A DNA stretch of 64,000 bases from Camelus ferus. Its lineage: Eukaryota. The position numbers and the translations under genes were made by a program. Below are positions 1 to 13,340 of this stretch, in pieces. How positions within the stretch are numbered: position 1 is the stretch's first letter; the number at the start of each line of letters is the position of its first letter. Below the pieces are notes generated by a model. The model was not told the origin of the DNA. It did no database searches and was given only the letters and a program-made list of their open reading frames with translations. The stretch lies in the NCBI RefSeq assembly GCF_009834535.1, contig NC_045707.1, positions 54,872,001-54,936,000 of the forward strand. Direction: 5' to 3'.

Positions 1-647
1 TCTATTTTCCCTTGATAATTGACTCCTGCTTCCATTCCTATATTTAATATCATTATATATACTAAGTTGAGATATTCAGATATTGATATAATTTCGTATT
101 TGTTCACCTTGCCTTTCATGTTGTCCCCTTTCTATTCATTCTTTACCTAACTTCTAGTAAATTCCACCTAAAAGCAAATTGGCCTGTCCCAAATTTTTAT
201 AAAACATTTTAATGATTAAACTTTGCTTTCAGAAAAATGTATATGATTTTTATGACATAATTTAAAATTTTCAAGGTCTAATCTCTACTTATTTCTTCAT
301 CCTCATATTCTGAAACAACTTTCTAAAAATAAATTACGCCTTTATCTTTTTTTATGTAAGCACATTTTTGTTTGGATTTTTTTTCTGCTTTATTAATCTG
401 GTGCATTTGGCTTATATGTAAATTTATAATTCAGCTTGTAGGCTCAATTCGGGCATCATACCCTATAAGAAATAGTTCCTGAACTTATGGTTCTAGATGA
501 GGAGTCTTCTGAGTTCTAGACAAGTGTATCTATCTGTTTCTTCTCACTTATGTCATTTAGGTATGCTCCTTCTCTGGTAAAAAATAATTTCCTTGAGGTC
601 TAAACTTTCCTTGCATAGCACAGTAAAGTTACACCAGTTTTTTGGAG

Positions 648-778
648 TCAGCCCTCCAAAACCACAGTTCTGCATCCTCAGATTTAACCAACGATGGATC
701 TGTGTAGTACTTATTGAAAAAAAACCTGCATATAAGTGGACCAGCGCATTTTAAACTATCTTGTTCAAGTGTCAAATG
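648..778 (+). mobile_element. Tigger1-like (TcMar) DNA transposon terminal fragment
   Basis: 'gaaaaaaaacctgcatataagtggaccagcgcattttaaactatcttgttcaagtgtcaaatg' followed by TA resembles the recalled Tigger1 terminus. Confidence 0.75.
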
Positions 779-784
779 TACTAC

Positions 785-1250
785 CATACCATTAAATACT
801 ACTCAGTAATAAAAAGGAGTGAACTAGTGGTAAACACAATAACTTGGATGGGTCTTCAGGACATTATGCTGAGTGAAAAAAAAAAAAAACAAACCTAAAA
901 TATTGCGTACTATCTGGTTCAATGCACATTAACATTCTTAAAAAGGTAAAATTCTAGAAATGGAAAACCCAATTTTAGTGATTACCGCGGGTTAGAGATG
1001 GTGGGGGAAGGGCGATGGGCGTGACTGTAACAGGCAGCATGAAGAAGATCTCTGTGGTTATGAGACAGGTCTCTATCCTGACTGAATTGATGATGACGCA
1101 GATTTACACACGCGCCAAATGGCATGGAACTAGGCACACTCTGTACCAATGCTAAATTCCTGGTTTTGATTATTTAGTACTAGAATTCTGTTAAGAGGTA
1201 ATCATTAGGGCGAAATGGATGAAGGGAACCTGGATTCTGTCTTAAATTTT
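785..1250 (+). mobile_element. Old L1 3' end fragment (L1MC/MD-like)
   Basis: 'aaatactactcagtaataaaaaggagtgaacta...ggacattatgctgagtgaaaaaa' are typical L1M 3' UTR motifs. Confidence 0.8.
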
Positions 1251-1430
1251 TTTAAGTTACTTCCAAATTATGTGTAGCCTAAGCACCTGACAGCTGGTGT
1301 CTCTGAATATAATGCAGGTGCCGGACATTAAGCTTTCCAAAGACAACTACCTCAAAACAGCACGTCACAGCACGTCATCAGCTACGCGACTGGAGAAAGA
1401 ACCAGGCCGCCCCAGCCCCGAAGTAGTTAC

Positions 1431-1500
1431 CTTCCTTTCAGAGGTCGTTGGTTGGCTTAGAGGACTGACCATCTGGCCGCTCCATTTTCCCTTCCCGCGC
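1431..1500 (-). other. Candidate first exon of a leftward transcript
   Basis: Minus strand reads GAAAGGAAG|gtaact (donor at 1430) within the CpG island; start coordinate is a guess. Confidence 0.35.
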
Positions 1501-1559
1501 TTTATTTCCCGCGCTTTGACGTCATCAATAGAGTGAGCGCGGGAAACCCCAGCCCCTCC

Positions 1560-1664
1560 CCCACGGACCCTGACTGGAACCGACCCGCCGGCCCTGCAAG
1601 TGCGCGCGCTCTCTCTACCTGTGACTGGGCGGAGCGGCCCCTGGAGCAGAATCCTCCAGAACTT
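1560..1664 (+). other. Candidate non-coding first exon of a rightward transcript
   Basis: CTT|GTGAGT donor at 1665, downstream of the CRE/E2F cluster; start coordinate is a guess. Confidence 0.45.
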
Positions 1665-1929
1665 GTGAGTAATACAGCTTGGGTCTTTTCAAAGATCCCC
1701 GACAGTTGTTGCCGAAGGGCGTCTTGAAATCCTAAACCGAACCACCAAGGCCTGCCCGGCCCCAACCCTGGCTCTGAGGAGAGCCGTCTGTGGGGGGCGC
1801 CCGCTCGCGCCGCCGGCAGGGGAGCGCCCCCAGGCATTTCTAGCCCATTGCCGTGCTATTGATGGGCTGAGCCCCGCTGAAAACACTGTTGACTGTTTCA
1901 AAGTGAAACGCTACAACATACATACAGAT

Positions 1930-2300
1930 TAAGAATTCTAAGTAAGTCTGAAAAAGACAAGGACTGTGTGATCTCACTTACACGGGGAACCCCCCCCCCC
2001 TAAAACGAACTCATATAAACAGAAGATTGGCAGTTGCCAGGGGAGGGGAAGGGAGTGGGAGGGAAATGGGTGAAGCTGGTCGAAGGGTGCAAACTCCAGT
2101 TATAAGATAAGTAGGTCCTGAGGATTTAGTGTACAGCACGGTGACTGTAGTTAACAGTGTAAAGTATACTTGAAAGTTGCTGAGAGAGTAAATCCTAAAA
2201 GTAAATCTCACTAATATTGGTGGTATATGCATATACCAAATCATCAAGGTGCACACTTTAAATTGGCGATGTTTTATGTCAGTGATACTGCAGTAACGCT
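1930..2300 (+). mobile_element. L1 3' end (L1MA-like)
   Basis: 'agattggcagttgccagggg...gggtgcaaactccagttataagataagta...aaagttgctgagagagtaaatcctaaaa'. Confidence 0.85.
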
Positions 2301-4684
2301 GGAGAAGAAACTTGTTGAACATGTGAATAAATGAGGCTTTAATGAGGTGAAAGAAGTACATTGAAAGGCTTCAAGGCTGTTTACCTTCCTTGTTTGAAAG
2401 ATATGCAGATCTTCATGCAGAATTTGCTGGAAATGAGTTTATATATGCATGGAGACTCAAGTATGAGGTGGGGAAATGAAAGGCCAAACTAGATATTAAT
2501 ATGTGCCACAACTGCCAGCTGCTGTTGAGTGTAGCCTTCCAGTAAGGAATGGGCCAACTCGGCAGAAACCTGGCACCAATCTACAAAGGAGGATAAGCCA
2601 TCACTGGAATACATTTAAAATATGAAGCCAGTTAATAGAGTTTCTCATAGAACATATTAACATAACTGGCAAAAAGTTAGTTCTTTCTGCTCCAATTAAA
2701 ATAGCAGTTTAAAACGTGGTGAGGACCAAATATATCTCTAAGTGTTTTAGAGATATGTGTTTTCATCTTCCATGTTATAACTAAAGAGTCACATTACTAA
2801 CTCAGAAACAAGCTTGACTGTAGTATTATCTGGCAGTTACAGCCAGCTGAAATTCTGAAATTGAATTTAAAATGCATGGCATATTATTTGTGGGGAATGG
2901 GTAACTTATTTTATAAAATCTAAATTTTATACATATTAATATACCTTTCAAAATATTGCCAGATTCAAAAAGCTAAAATTGAAAAAGAGAGGGAACTTCC
3001 CAAGAGTACCAAATATTGTGTCAAACTGAGAATCTGAAAAATATGTTTTAAAAATATTTAATCCCAGTGTATACCAGAGCCCAAGTAGTTGTGCCTCTGA
3101 ATGGTTCTCTATCATTTTTCTGTAAACAAAAAAAAGCAGTTGAATACTACTTGAAAATGTTACATTTTAACCTGTTTCTCTCACAAGGCATCAAAAGGAA
3201 ATAACTTAATTCATAAATAATAGCATTTAAAATTTTTCCAAAGGATATTCTTAATTGTTAATGAGTGTTAGGAACTTTTCTGTCCATTCTTTCACACTTT
3301 TAGCAAACTCTCCTTGTTTCCACATATATGCATGTATATGTATACATATGTATATGGATTTTAAGTTTTTGTTTTTATATAAATATAATCATACTATGTG
3401 AGCAAATCTAAAACTTGCTCAACAATGTATCAACAGCAACTTAATATATAATGATATGCCTACAAGTTTGATACAAATCTAATTTTACCCTTCTACCTAC
3501 TTTGTATGCATATATTTGCAAATTTTATATATACATTATATATGTATATTTTTTATATAAATATGATACACACACAAATACACACATATATAATTATCCT
3601 CTTAGCTCTTGAAAAGCTATTACTTTTTAGACAGCAAATCCTATTTTTTCCTCTTGTTCTCTTGAAACCATCCTCACCAATTATTTTGTCACAGGAATTT
3701 CATATCAGAGACTATCAAGTGGAACATGTTTTCTTTCATGTGCCTTAAACAGGGGATGGGGATAAAGAGGCACAGCATCTTCTCAAACACTTGAGCCTCT
3801 GTGTAGTAGGCTATTTGATTCTCTGAAACACCCTCATATTTAATCTTTATGTTGCCATAAAGCCGGTTTTCTGTGCTATAAGTATCCTTAAGTGCAGTTA
3901 AAGTGCAAGATAACAATGGACTCACAAAAGATTCAAAATTGGTGAAAAAATTTGTATGATATTGGTGCTTAATAAGTATTACTGATATTAAATAAACACA
4001 TAAGAGAGAAAATATTGGCATAGGCTGAACTTAAACAAATAAATCCATCTAAATAAAACCCAGGATCTCGGGTAGGATTAGATTAAGAGAAGGGCTAATA
4101 TGTGAATATGTTGGTGGAAGGAAGAATTAGGAAATTAAAATTCTGTGTTTCTTGGAGTTGTTTCTGTTGTTGTTGTTTTTGTTTTTTAAGATGAAGGAGG
4201 GTATAGATCAGCTTCTGGTGAAAATAATTGGTTTCTTGTTTCTCTACAAATTAGAGACACAGGTGTCTAAGTGTGAGCAACAGAAAGAGGATGATGCTAT
4301 TAACAGAATGGAAAGACAGAGCTGAATGCTAAACTCCCAGAGGTATAGAATAGGAAACACATACCACTTTATCACTACAAAACTTCCTGGAATCTTAGGT
4401 ACGGAGAGGCTTCTTAGGAGAAAGTCAGGATGATTGCTCAATTTTAGCAAAATTAGTCTACTTGTGGAAGTATAGCAAACCAAAGTAAATACAAACATCC
4501 AATCAAGTATAAGCCACATGAAGGCAGAGACTGTGTGTGTGTGTGTTCATTTAGGAATCCCAGTGCCTAGAATATGTGGTGCCTAGTAGGTACCCAAATA
4601 TACTTATTTGATCAATTAAATGTTTTTATTCTTTTTAAATTTAATTTATTGTGTGTCTTAATATGTGTGTTGTTCTTCTCTCAG

Positions 4685-4790
4685 AGCTGAACCCCAGTAG
4701 CTTTGTTCTTTAAAGTATCTTGAAGTGCAACTTTCAGAAGTTTTTATTTTGTTGCTTAGAATAAATACATTTCCCAGGTTCCTGGCAACT
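4685..4790 (+). other. Candidate internal exon, likely non-coding
   Basis: Pyrimidine tract 'ttgttcttctctcag' acceptor and ACT|gtaagt donor; partly overlaps a MaLR-like fragment. Confidence 0.25.
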
Positions 4791-5426
4791 GTAAGTGACT
4801 ATGTGACTAAACTTCTACCAGTAAGATGTAAGTGGATATGTATCAGCCTAAGAAATCCTTTTTACAGAGTTGAGATTACTGGCCCAGTACTAGTGATATC
4901 TGTATTTCCTGTCCCCTATGGAGAAACTCTGTCTTGTTGAGATATTTTTGAAATTTAAATTTCTGAGACTTTCAGATGAGTCTACTGAATCTAATCCTAA
5001 CAAATGCACCACCGCTTTTCTGTCTTAGTAAGTGTGCATGATAAATGCTACCCAAGTATGAGTAACAGACACAAGAAAATTGAGATAATTCCAAAACAGT
5101 CTAAATACTACATCATATTCGTTTTTCATGATATAGCATGTCTTTCAAATGTCAATATGTTTACCATTTATGTTAATAGGTAAATATTTTGTTTCAATTC
5201 CTGCTCAATACATGTGAATCAAGAGTACAAGCATATGGGTTAGAAGTCTACCAAGAATAGCCTTATAATGTGCTCATATGTTTTAGTTTGACAAGTGCAT
5301 TCTTATTCTGAGGTGATGAGGTATTTGGCAATAAACTATCTCTATGATACAACTATAAAGTAACTGCATTTTAAGGAGGGACATGAGACACACCAGGATA
5401 TGCTGCTTCTGCTTAGAACAAATATA

Positions 5427-5450
5427 TGTGTGTGTGTGTGTGTGTGTGTG
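5427..5450. repeat. (TG)12 microsatellite
   Basis: Direct reading. Confidence 0.95.
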
Positions 5451-7659
5451 TATTTATTCTTTTTTCCACAAATATTCTGTAGGGTAATAACCCTGAGTCA
5501 GCCCCTAAGGATCTATCTCCTTTCCATCCCTCTAGGTAGTACCACTATATCAAGAAAACAGAGATGAAATCTCTAAACTAGAGGGCAAATGTGCAACAAT
5601 TGGGAGAATTTAGATTTACAGAATCTCAGTTGCTGATATAGATGGAAACAGATGCTTGATGCAGATCAAAGCCCAGACCTTCTGTTACCAGCAATCATTT
5701 AAAGTCCATTATCTTCACTGGTCCTTGTTCTATTCTATATTTGACATACAGGGAATCTCACATACCAGAAGCTGAGAGTTGAGGACATGAGAAAAAAGGA
5801 TGTATATTTTCAGTTTTGCCCTGTATTTAAGACAAGTCTCCTATGTTCTGGTTACACAACAGCTGATTTACAAGAAGATATCACATTGACAGGTGGCCTG
5901 AAAACTGGCCCAGATTAAACAGTACAGGATTGTCCTAAACCTAGAATAAAACTCCAGCAGGTCAGTGGATTTTTGTTTACATTTGCAAATAACTTTTAGT
6001 CTGCAAATTACTATTATGACTGACAGCCACATAAAAAGCAACTGCTTTGACCTGAGAGATCCCAAAAGTTGATACCGGAGAACTCAGTGTGAGGTAAAGA
6101 TGTGGTGTCCACTGGTGTCATTCACAGGTAGTGGCCTCAATCAGCTATCACAAAACTATTGATGTATTTTTATGTCACAGTTATTGTATTCTGTAGCTTT
6201 TAAAGTGCTAGAATCATAAAAATACGTTATGGAGAAAGTAATGCAGAATGTTTCAGCATTAAATTTGTGCCAAAGTATCTTAAATCAGTTTATCCTGAAT
6301 CAAATACCAAAACAAACTCTATGGAATTATGCCTTTATATATGTCATGGACTGTTTATAAAATCTGTTACTTTATAATTATTTCATTTTTGAATAGTAAT
6401 ACAATCTGGTGATGAAAGTTGAGATGAAATTTTAGACATTTTTCTGTGTCAGGAATGTCAGTATTAAAATTAGTTCAATCTGTGTGAAAAAAGATAGATA
6501 AGTACTAAATAATAAATACAATGTTAATTTTTTGTTATAATGTGAGTAAACTCCCTGTTTCCATTAGAGAATCTGAATGGACTAGTTATGTATTTAAATA
6601 GATATTTTATGGATGTTAGCCAGAGTCATTTTGCAATATTTACAAATATCAAATCATTATGTTCTATACCTGAAACTAATAAGTTGTATGTCAACTATAA
6701 CTCAATAGAAATATAATATTTTAATTAGATTTTATAAGATTTTGAGTATTTTTAAATCAATACTCAATCACATCCATTTTATTATCTTAATATTAATAAC
6801 AAGCATAGATAAATGGAATTTCTAAGAAATAAATTAGTTCATGTAGACAATAGGGCCTGATTAAATATCAAGGGAGTTTAGAAAGCTCATACATATAAGA
6901 GGATATTATGTGGTGAGGGGTGCACATTGTATGTTTTTCTCATAGCACAACCTACCTGTTCTTTGACAAGTGTTTTGTTGGTCACCTAAATGCCTCAAAG
7001 GGAGAATAGTGGGATGAGTATAATGTTGCATATTCCTACTTGAGCTTTTTTGTGGGTTTTTTTAAAGGTTGTATTTAACCACTGTTTATTTTGTTAAATT
7101 CTATCCTATAACATAAATAGGTAAATGGTAGTTTTATTTAATATTAAATACACAAATCTAACAAAAGAAAGTACACAGGATGCTGTAAGCCAACTTTCTG
7201 CTAATATATCAGGAAATGGTATGTGCTTTGGGCTATGTTTTTATGCAGACCTTCTGGAAATGTACATCTGAATAAACTCACATCTTATTGTAAGTGTCCA
7301 TCATTGCAATCAAATATAAAATTCTAGGTGTTCTGTGGGAAGTATGAAAAAGTATAGCAACATATGCTGTCCATCCCCAAATAACTTTTTTCCCCCTAAA
7401 ATGTGTTGATAGGTTGAACTTTCATGACTTAGAATACATAAATAATGCTATTCATGGTGGTTTGGTTTCAGGCCAGTCTTCAAATACACTTAACCCAAAA
7501 TGTAATTTAAAAATTGAGTGTAATCTCCATATGTAACTACATTTTTATGGGAAAATAAATCAATATGTCTTTCTCACTAAAGCACTAATGCCAGACTACT
7601 TACTATTTTCCTTCTTTAGATTTTTAACTTTCGAAAAGGGTTTACAAGTACTCTGCTGG

Positions 7660-7985
7660 TGTGGTAGATTATGTTTCCACAAATACTCATTACTTAGCTC
7701 TCCGCTTCCACCTCCTGTGTGGGAAGAGTATGCTTCCTCACCTCTTGACTCCGAGGTTGGCCATGTGGACACAGTTTACACACAACTTTTAAAAGTGCTT
7801 GTGCTGGTTCCCTTGCTGTCCTTGGCGTTTGCCATTGTCATAGGAAACCCTGCCTTGATGTGGAACCAAGTCTTTACAGGCAGCCCTTAGATGAGGGAAG
7901 TGAGAAATACATAATCATTTCTCACTGGTATTTTGTGACAGTTTATTATGGAGAATTACTGAAACCATATTTAACACATACAACC
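7660..7985 (+). mobile_element. MLT1-type MaLR LTR
   Basis: 'tgtggtagatta...cctcttgactccgaggttggccatgtg' and 3' 'tgagaaatacataatcatt' resemble MLT1. Confidence 0.7.
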
Positions 7986-9699
7986 GTCTACAAGCCCATG
8001 AAGGGTGTCTCAAAGAGACACAAAGTTTGAAAAAAATGCTACAAAATCCATGTGAAAGTTAAGCTTCTGTGTCACTTAAATTAGATCTGACTCTTAAAAA
8101 AAAAACAGTAATGTGTTAAAAACTGAGGCATGAATGCATTTTTGGGAAATACCTTTTTTATCCACATATCCTCACTATAACTTGTTCTAGTTCAAATGAC
8201 CCAGAGGAAGATGGATAATGATAGAAAATTAATGATGGACATTAAAAAACATTGACCAATAATAATAAAATCAATGAAGGACATAATATTGGGAATACAA
8301 TATTGGGAAAAAGAAGAGAGACTCTGAAAACATCAAAATAGTAAAAATCTAGTTGATAGTCAAAGCATTAAAAAAATTGGTGATATGAAGTCTAGACAGA
8401 TGACAGGGCAAGGAGAATTAGGGAAATATTCTACAATATATTAATATATTATCAAATATATTAATAGAGCTAGGAAAACAAGAAAAACATTACTCAGAGT
8501 CAAACTCAAAGTGTTATGCCAGGTGACTCCGAGAAAGATCTAGACCTTGATGAGTGAGCTTAAGAATGGTTTATCATCATCAGAAGTGAACATTCTTAGT
8601 CACCAATAGAATGTTTTTCATAATAAGAATAGAATCAGGGAGAAGGTATGTGGGAGTCTCCCTGATATCATGTGAGGAATGCCCAGAGAAGCAAGGTGTC
8701 TAGCTCTTGGACTGCTTATTTCTCTCATATTATTTCTCTCAGAGTGATTCTGCTCCAAACCACACTCTTGACTACTCAGACAAAATTGGCAATTGCTTTC
8801 CATGAGCAAGTTATCCGTTTCCTTGATTACTAGGGAGGCAACAGCAATCAATAATAAGCACCAACATTTAGTACGTGTAAAGGCACTCTGATGGAATAAG
8901 CATGCTTATTTTAAAGCTTGATGTGGATGTTTATTCAGATGTTATACCGCTGAAAGCCAAAGGAGTATAAAACAGAATATCCCTAAGAGATTTGTGGGAA
9001 AAGGTGATTGTCTACAGTTTTATTAATTTTGACATGATGAATCACAAACATCCCAAGGTAACTTGTAAAAATCTTTGTTTTTGCCAGGAGATAATACATG
9101 TATTCTTATTTACCACACAGTATTTTCTCAAGGGGAATCATACAAAAACCAAATTCCACACCAATGCTGTTGCTTTTTACCACAAACTAAAATCTGCTTC
9201 TAGATTCAGACATTCTTTCAAATACAGATTCACACCTCAGGCATTATTTAGCTTTTCCCGAAATGTATATGTCTAGACTGGGATTAAGGAAATAAGAAAA
9301 CCAAACTTGCACAGATAAATGCACAGAAAGTTACAGAGCATTATAATTTTTCTACATGGAGAAAAATTGATGGTGAGTAGTTATAAGTAAATACTCACTT
9401 TTTTTTAACTTTCCAAAAGGTATGCTAGGCAATTTATATTTTTTATCGATCCAGATTTAGAAAGTGAATATTTATTTCATAAATATTTATTATGATTATG
9501 ATGACATAAAGAATAGAGGTAAAAGCTGAAGATTTGAAGTTATGTATCTTAATTGGTCAGATGTCATTGTACTTTCCTAAATTAATTTCCTACCCATATG
9601 TCAAAAGCCCAGAAATTCTAGCATTTATAATCCATTAATTGAGGATTTCCTATTATTAATGCTGTTTTTTTTTCCCCTTTTACTGTTATGACTATTTTA

Positions 9700-10330
9700 A
9701 AAGCTTCACTATTTTATAACTGATGTAAAGTAAACAGAACATGTTTAAAATGTACAGATTGATGCATTTTGACATACATACACATCCTGGAACCCACTAC
9801 CACCATTTAAATAATGCAAAATCTCCAGAATCTATCTGTATTACTTTTCAACCCATTTTCTCTCCCTACTACGACCCCTCTCCCAGGCAAATGCTACTTT
9901 GTTTCCTGTAACTATAGATTTGTTTGTGTTTTCTGGAATTTTATATTAATAGAATAATAATTTGTGAATTATTTTTGTCTGTTTTTTTTAACTTAGCATA
10001 CTAATTTGCTTAGCATAATTAATACATATGCTGCATGTATCAATAAATTCTTCATTTTATTTTTGAGTATTATTCCACATATGGATAGATCACAATTTGT
10101 ATATCAGTTCACATTTGATGGCTGCTTAATTTGTTTCTAGTATTTGGCTACTGCAAACAATACTGCTATGAACATTCATGGACAAGCCATTGTACAAATA
10201 TGTGCTTTGATTTCTTTAGACTATCTAGGAGTCGAATTGCTGGGTTATATGATGAGTGTATGTTTAACTTCTTAAGAAACTGTCAATCTGTTTTTCAAAG
10301 CAGCTGTACCATTTGACATCCTCACCAGAA
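9700..10330 (-). mobile_element. L1 3' end fragment (L1MB/MC-like)
   Basis: 'tatctaggagtcgaattgctgggttatatg...aaactgtcaatctgtttttcaaagcagctgtaccattt' is antisense L1. Confidence 0.85.
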
Positions 10331-10334
10331 GTAT

Positions 10335-11330
10335 TTGAAAAGAAATCTTTGTGACCTTGTGTGAGGCAAAGATTTGTTAGTACAGCACCAAAGCCATGAT
10401 CCTTTTAAAGAAAATGATAAATTGGAGTTAATCACACTTTTGAAATTCTATTCTTTGATAAGCAAAGTTAGCAGAATGAACAGTCATAGACCAGAGAAAA
10501 TACTTGAAAATAATAAAGGATTTGTATTTAGATTATATAATGAATTCTCAAAACTCAATAATGAGAAAACAAAATGAATCAAATTTTAAAAATAGACAAA
10601 AATACTAAGAAGACACTTCAACAAAAATATATATGAATAACAATTACATATATGAAAAGATATTATTAGTTATTATGGGATTTAAAATTAAAACCCCAAT
10701 AAGATACCATCTTATACCTATTAATGGCTATGTTAAAAAACAAAGAAACAAAACCTGCAAATACCTAGAGCTAACATAGATATGAAGGCATTAGAACTCA
10801 TACATTGCCTTTATGCAAAATTGTACACACCTAGATATTTACTCAAGATAAATGAAAACTGGTATTTACACTTAAACCTGTATGTGAATGTTTGTGATTG
10901 TTTGATTATTATTTCTCCAAACTTGGAAACAACCCAAATGTTCTTTCAGTGCCATTTGGAGAAAGAAACTGCTAAATCCATACAATGGACTGCCATTAAG
11001 CAATTAGAAGCAGCAAACTATTGATTTGCGGAACATGTCTGAATTGTAAATGTGTTAAATGAAAGAACTCAGACTAAAATCCTCATATTGGATGACTCCA
11101 TTTATATGACATTTCTGGAAAAGGCAGTTATAGCAGCAACCATTATTGATAGGCAGGGGTTAGAACTGGGTAGAGGGTCTGACTACCAAGTAGCGTAAAT
11201 GAATGTATCTGAGGACTGATCTAACTCTTCTCTATCTCACTTGTGGTGGTTGGTTACAAGGCTTTATCACTTATCATTACTCATGGAACTGTATATCAAA
11301 AAGAGTAAACTTTACCATATGTAAAAATAC
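10335..11330 (+). mobile_element. L1 ORF2 3' part and 3' UTR (L1M)
   Basis: 'ctttgtgaccttgtgtgaggcaaagatttgttag', 'aacttggaaacaacccaaatg', 'ccatttatatgacatttctggaaaagg'. Confidence 0.85.
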
Positions 11331-11819
11331 ATTTAGAAGTCTTATTTGTGACTCAGAATTTTTAAACATAATATGATTTTTTTTCATTGTTTCCTTTTAT
11401 TTCTATGAAAAATATATTTTTATCCCAAGGTCATAAATAAATTTAACATTTTTAAGCTTTATTTTTTTAACTCTTTAATTGAATTTAACTCTTTAATTTT
11501 TTTCACTTTAACTTTTAATGTGAAAAACCAAAAAAACTGATCAGATTAGATACATACTTAGAATACTAGTAGAATTTTTTCTTCTGCTTTTTTAAATGCT
11601 GTAATTCACAGTTATGCTTTAATACTCTTATCAAATGCTAGCTTCCTTTCTTATGTGGTTTATATCTTTTTTCCATTGTAATTTTGATTGGCTATTGCTA
11701 TTACATAGGAAAATAAAGCTACATGTACATACACGCATGTATTTGCAGTGTTAAGACACTGTTGAGTATTTTAATAGCTTATTTGGAGGTACTTGTTCTC
11801 TATTAAGATCTTTATCATG

Positions 11820-13340
11820 CTGTTATTTTTGAGGTGTGATTGACATAAAAGATTTTATTAGTTTCAAGTGTATAATACAATGAGTCAATATTTGTATATG
11901 TTGCAAAATGATCACAGTTTAAGTCTAGTTAATATCTGTCACCACATGTAGTTACAGAATTTTTTTTCTTGTGAGATGAACTTTTAAGATTTGCTTTTTT
12001 AGCAGTTTTCAAATATGCAATACAGTATTAGTAACAGTAGTCACCATGATGTACATTACATCCCATGAGTTATTTATTTTATAATTGGAAATTTGTACCT
12101 TTTGACTCCCTTTACCCATTTTGTCCATCCTCACTGCCCACCTTTGTAAAACACTAATCTGTTCTCTATAGCCATTACAGAATCCAAGCTCATATTGTGT
12201 ACTTTAGGACAGGTCAGTAAATTGAAAGATGAGGTGTTTTGGGCAAGGAATAGTGACTTTATTTGGAAAGCCAGAAGACTGGAAAAATGGTGGACTAGTG
12301 TCCCAAAGAACCATCTTGTCTGGGTTTGAATGCTAGTTTCTTTTATGGAACAATAGGGGGAGGTGAGGAGGTAAAATAAAAATATAATTAAGTTGTTGTA
12401 AATATTTCCTGGTTTTGGCCAGACTCTGGAGGGGATGTGTTAATTTCTTCTTTCCTGCAGCCTGATAGGTGGGCCTGTTCAAAATGTTCCCTGTGAGCTA
12501 AACAAAGGCATTTTAGCTTAATGCTCAGGCATGGGAGGCAGGGTTCCCCGAGATGGGCTATTGTGTATATCTTAAGATGTAGGCAACATCCCTTTAGTGA
12601 TTAACTTGTAGCAAAAGCAATAGAATACAAAAGATAAAGTAAAAGAAACAGATCCAATGTGGAGTCAGATTTGTTCTTCCCAGTTACATATCTATAAGCT
12701 TGCTTTTGTTCTTATTTTTGGTTTAGATTCCACATATAGTCATACAGTACTGTGTATGGTGTAATATAGTGGTTGAGTTTCCTTCTTTTGCATGTACCTG
12801 TCCAGTTTTCACAACACTATTTATTGAAGAGACTGTCCTTTCCCCATTGTATATTCTTAGCTCCTTTGTTAGAAATTAATTGCCCTATATACATGGGTTT
12901 ATTTTTCAGTTTCTTTCATAAATGCCTATAGTTTTCACTGTACAGATCTTTCACCTCCTTGGTTAATTTACTCCTAGGTATTTCATTCTTTTTGATACAG
13001 TTGTACATAGGACTATATTCTTCATTTCACTTTCTGATAATTGTTCTTAGTGCACAGAAATGCAATAGATTTCTATATATTGATTTTGTATACTGCACTT
13101 TTACTGAATTCATTTACTTTTTCTAACTTTTTTTGTGTGTGGCGTCTTTAGGCTGTTCTATGTATAATGTCATGTCATCTACAGATGGTGACAGTTTTAC
13201 TTTTTCCTTTCCAGTTTGAGTTATTTTATTTATTTATTTTTCTTGAATAATTACTTGGGCTAGGACTTCCAATATTATAAAATAAAAATGGTGAGAGTGG
13301 GCATCCTTGTCTTGTTCCTGATATTAGATAAAAAGCTTTT
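11820..13340 (-). mobile_element. L1MA9-like element interrupted by an LTR
   Basis: Antisense L1 3' UTR 11820-12172 resumes at 12689 and runs into antisense ORF2 ('gagagtgggcatccttgtcttgttcctga'). Confidence 0.85.
12173..12688 (-). mobile_element. Solo ERV LTR (ERV1-like) inserted in L1
   Basis: Ends in ...gttaca; minus-strand AATAAA ('tttatt') near the left end; imperfect 4-bp target duplication tagc/tatc. Confidence 0.75.

Larger units (their letters stand above)
1300..1880. promoter_or_regulatory. CpG island promoter, probably bidirectional
   Basis: Only GC/CpG-rich block in the window; TGACGTCA at 1517-1524, E2F-type TTTCCCGC 1505-1512 and GCGGGAAA 1539-1546, GC box GGGCGG 1627-1632, tandem half-CREs 1357-1377. 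Confidence 0.85.

Noticed and set aside
1297..1901. Four overlapping ORFs over the CpG island
   Set aside because: Pro/Gly/Ala/Arg-rich frames are expected in GC-rich DNA; several lack an ATG start and none shows a recognisable domain
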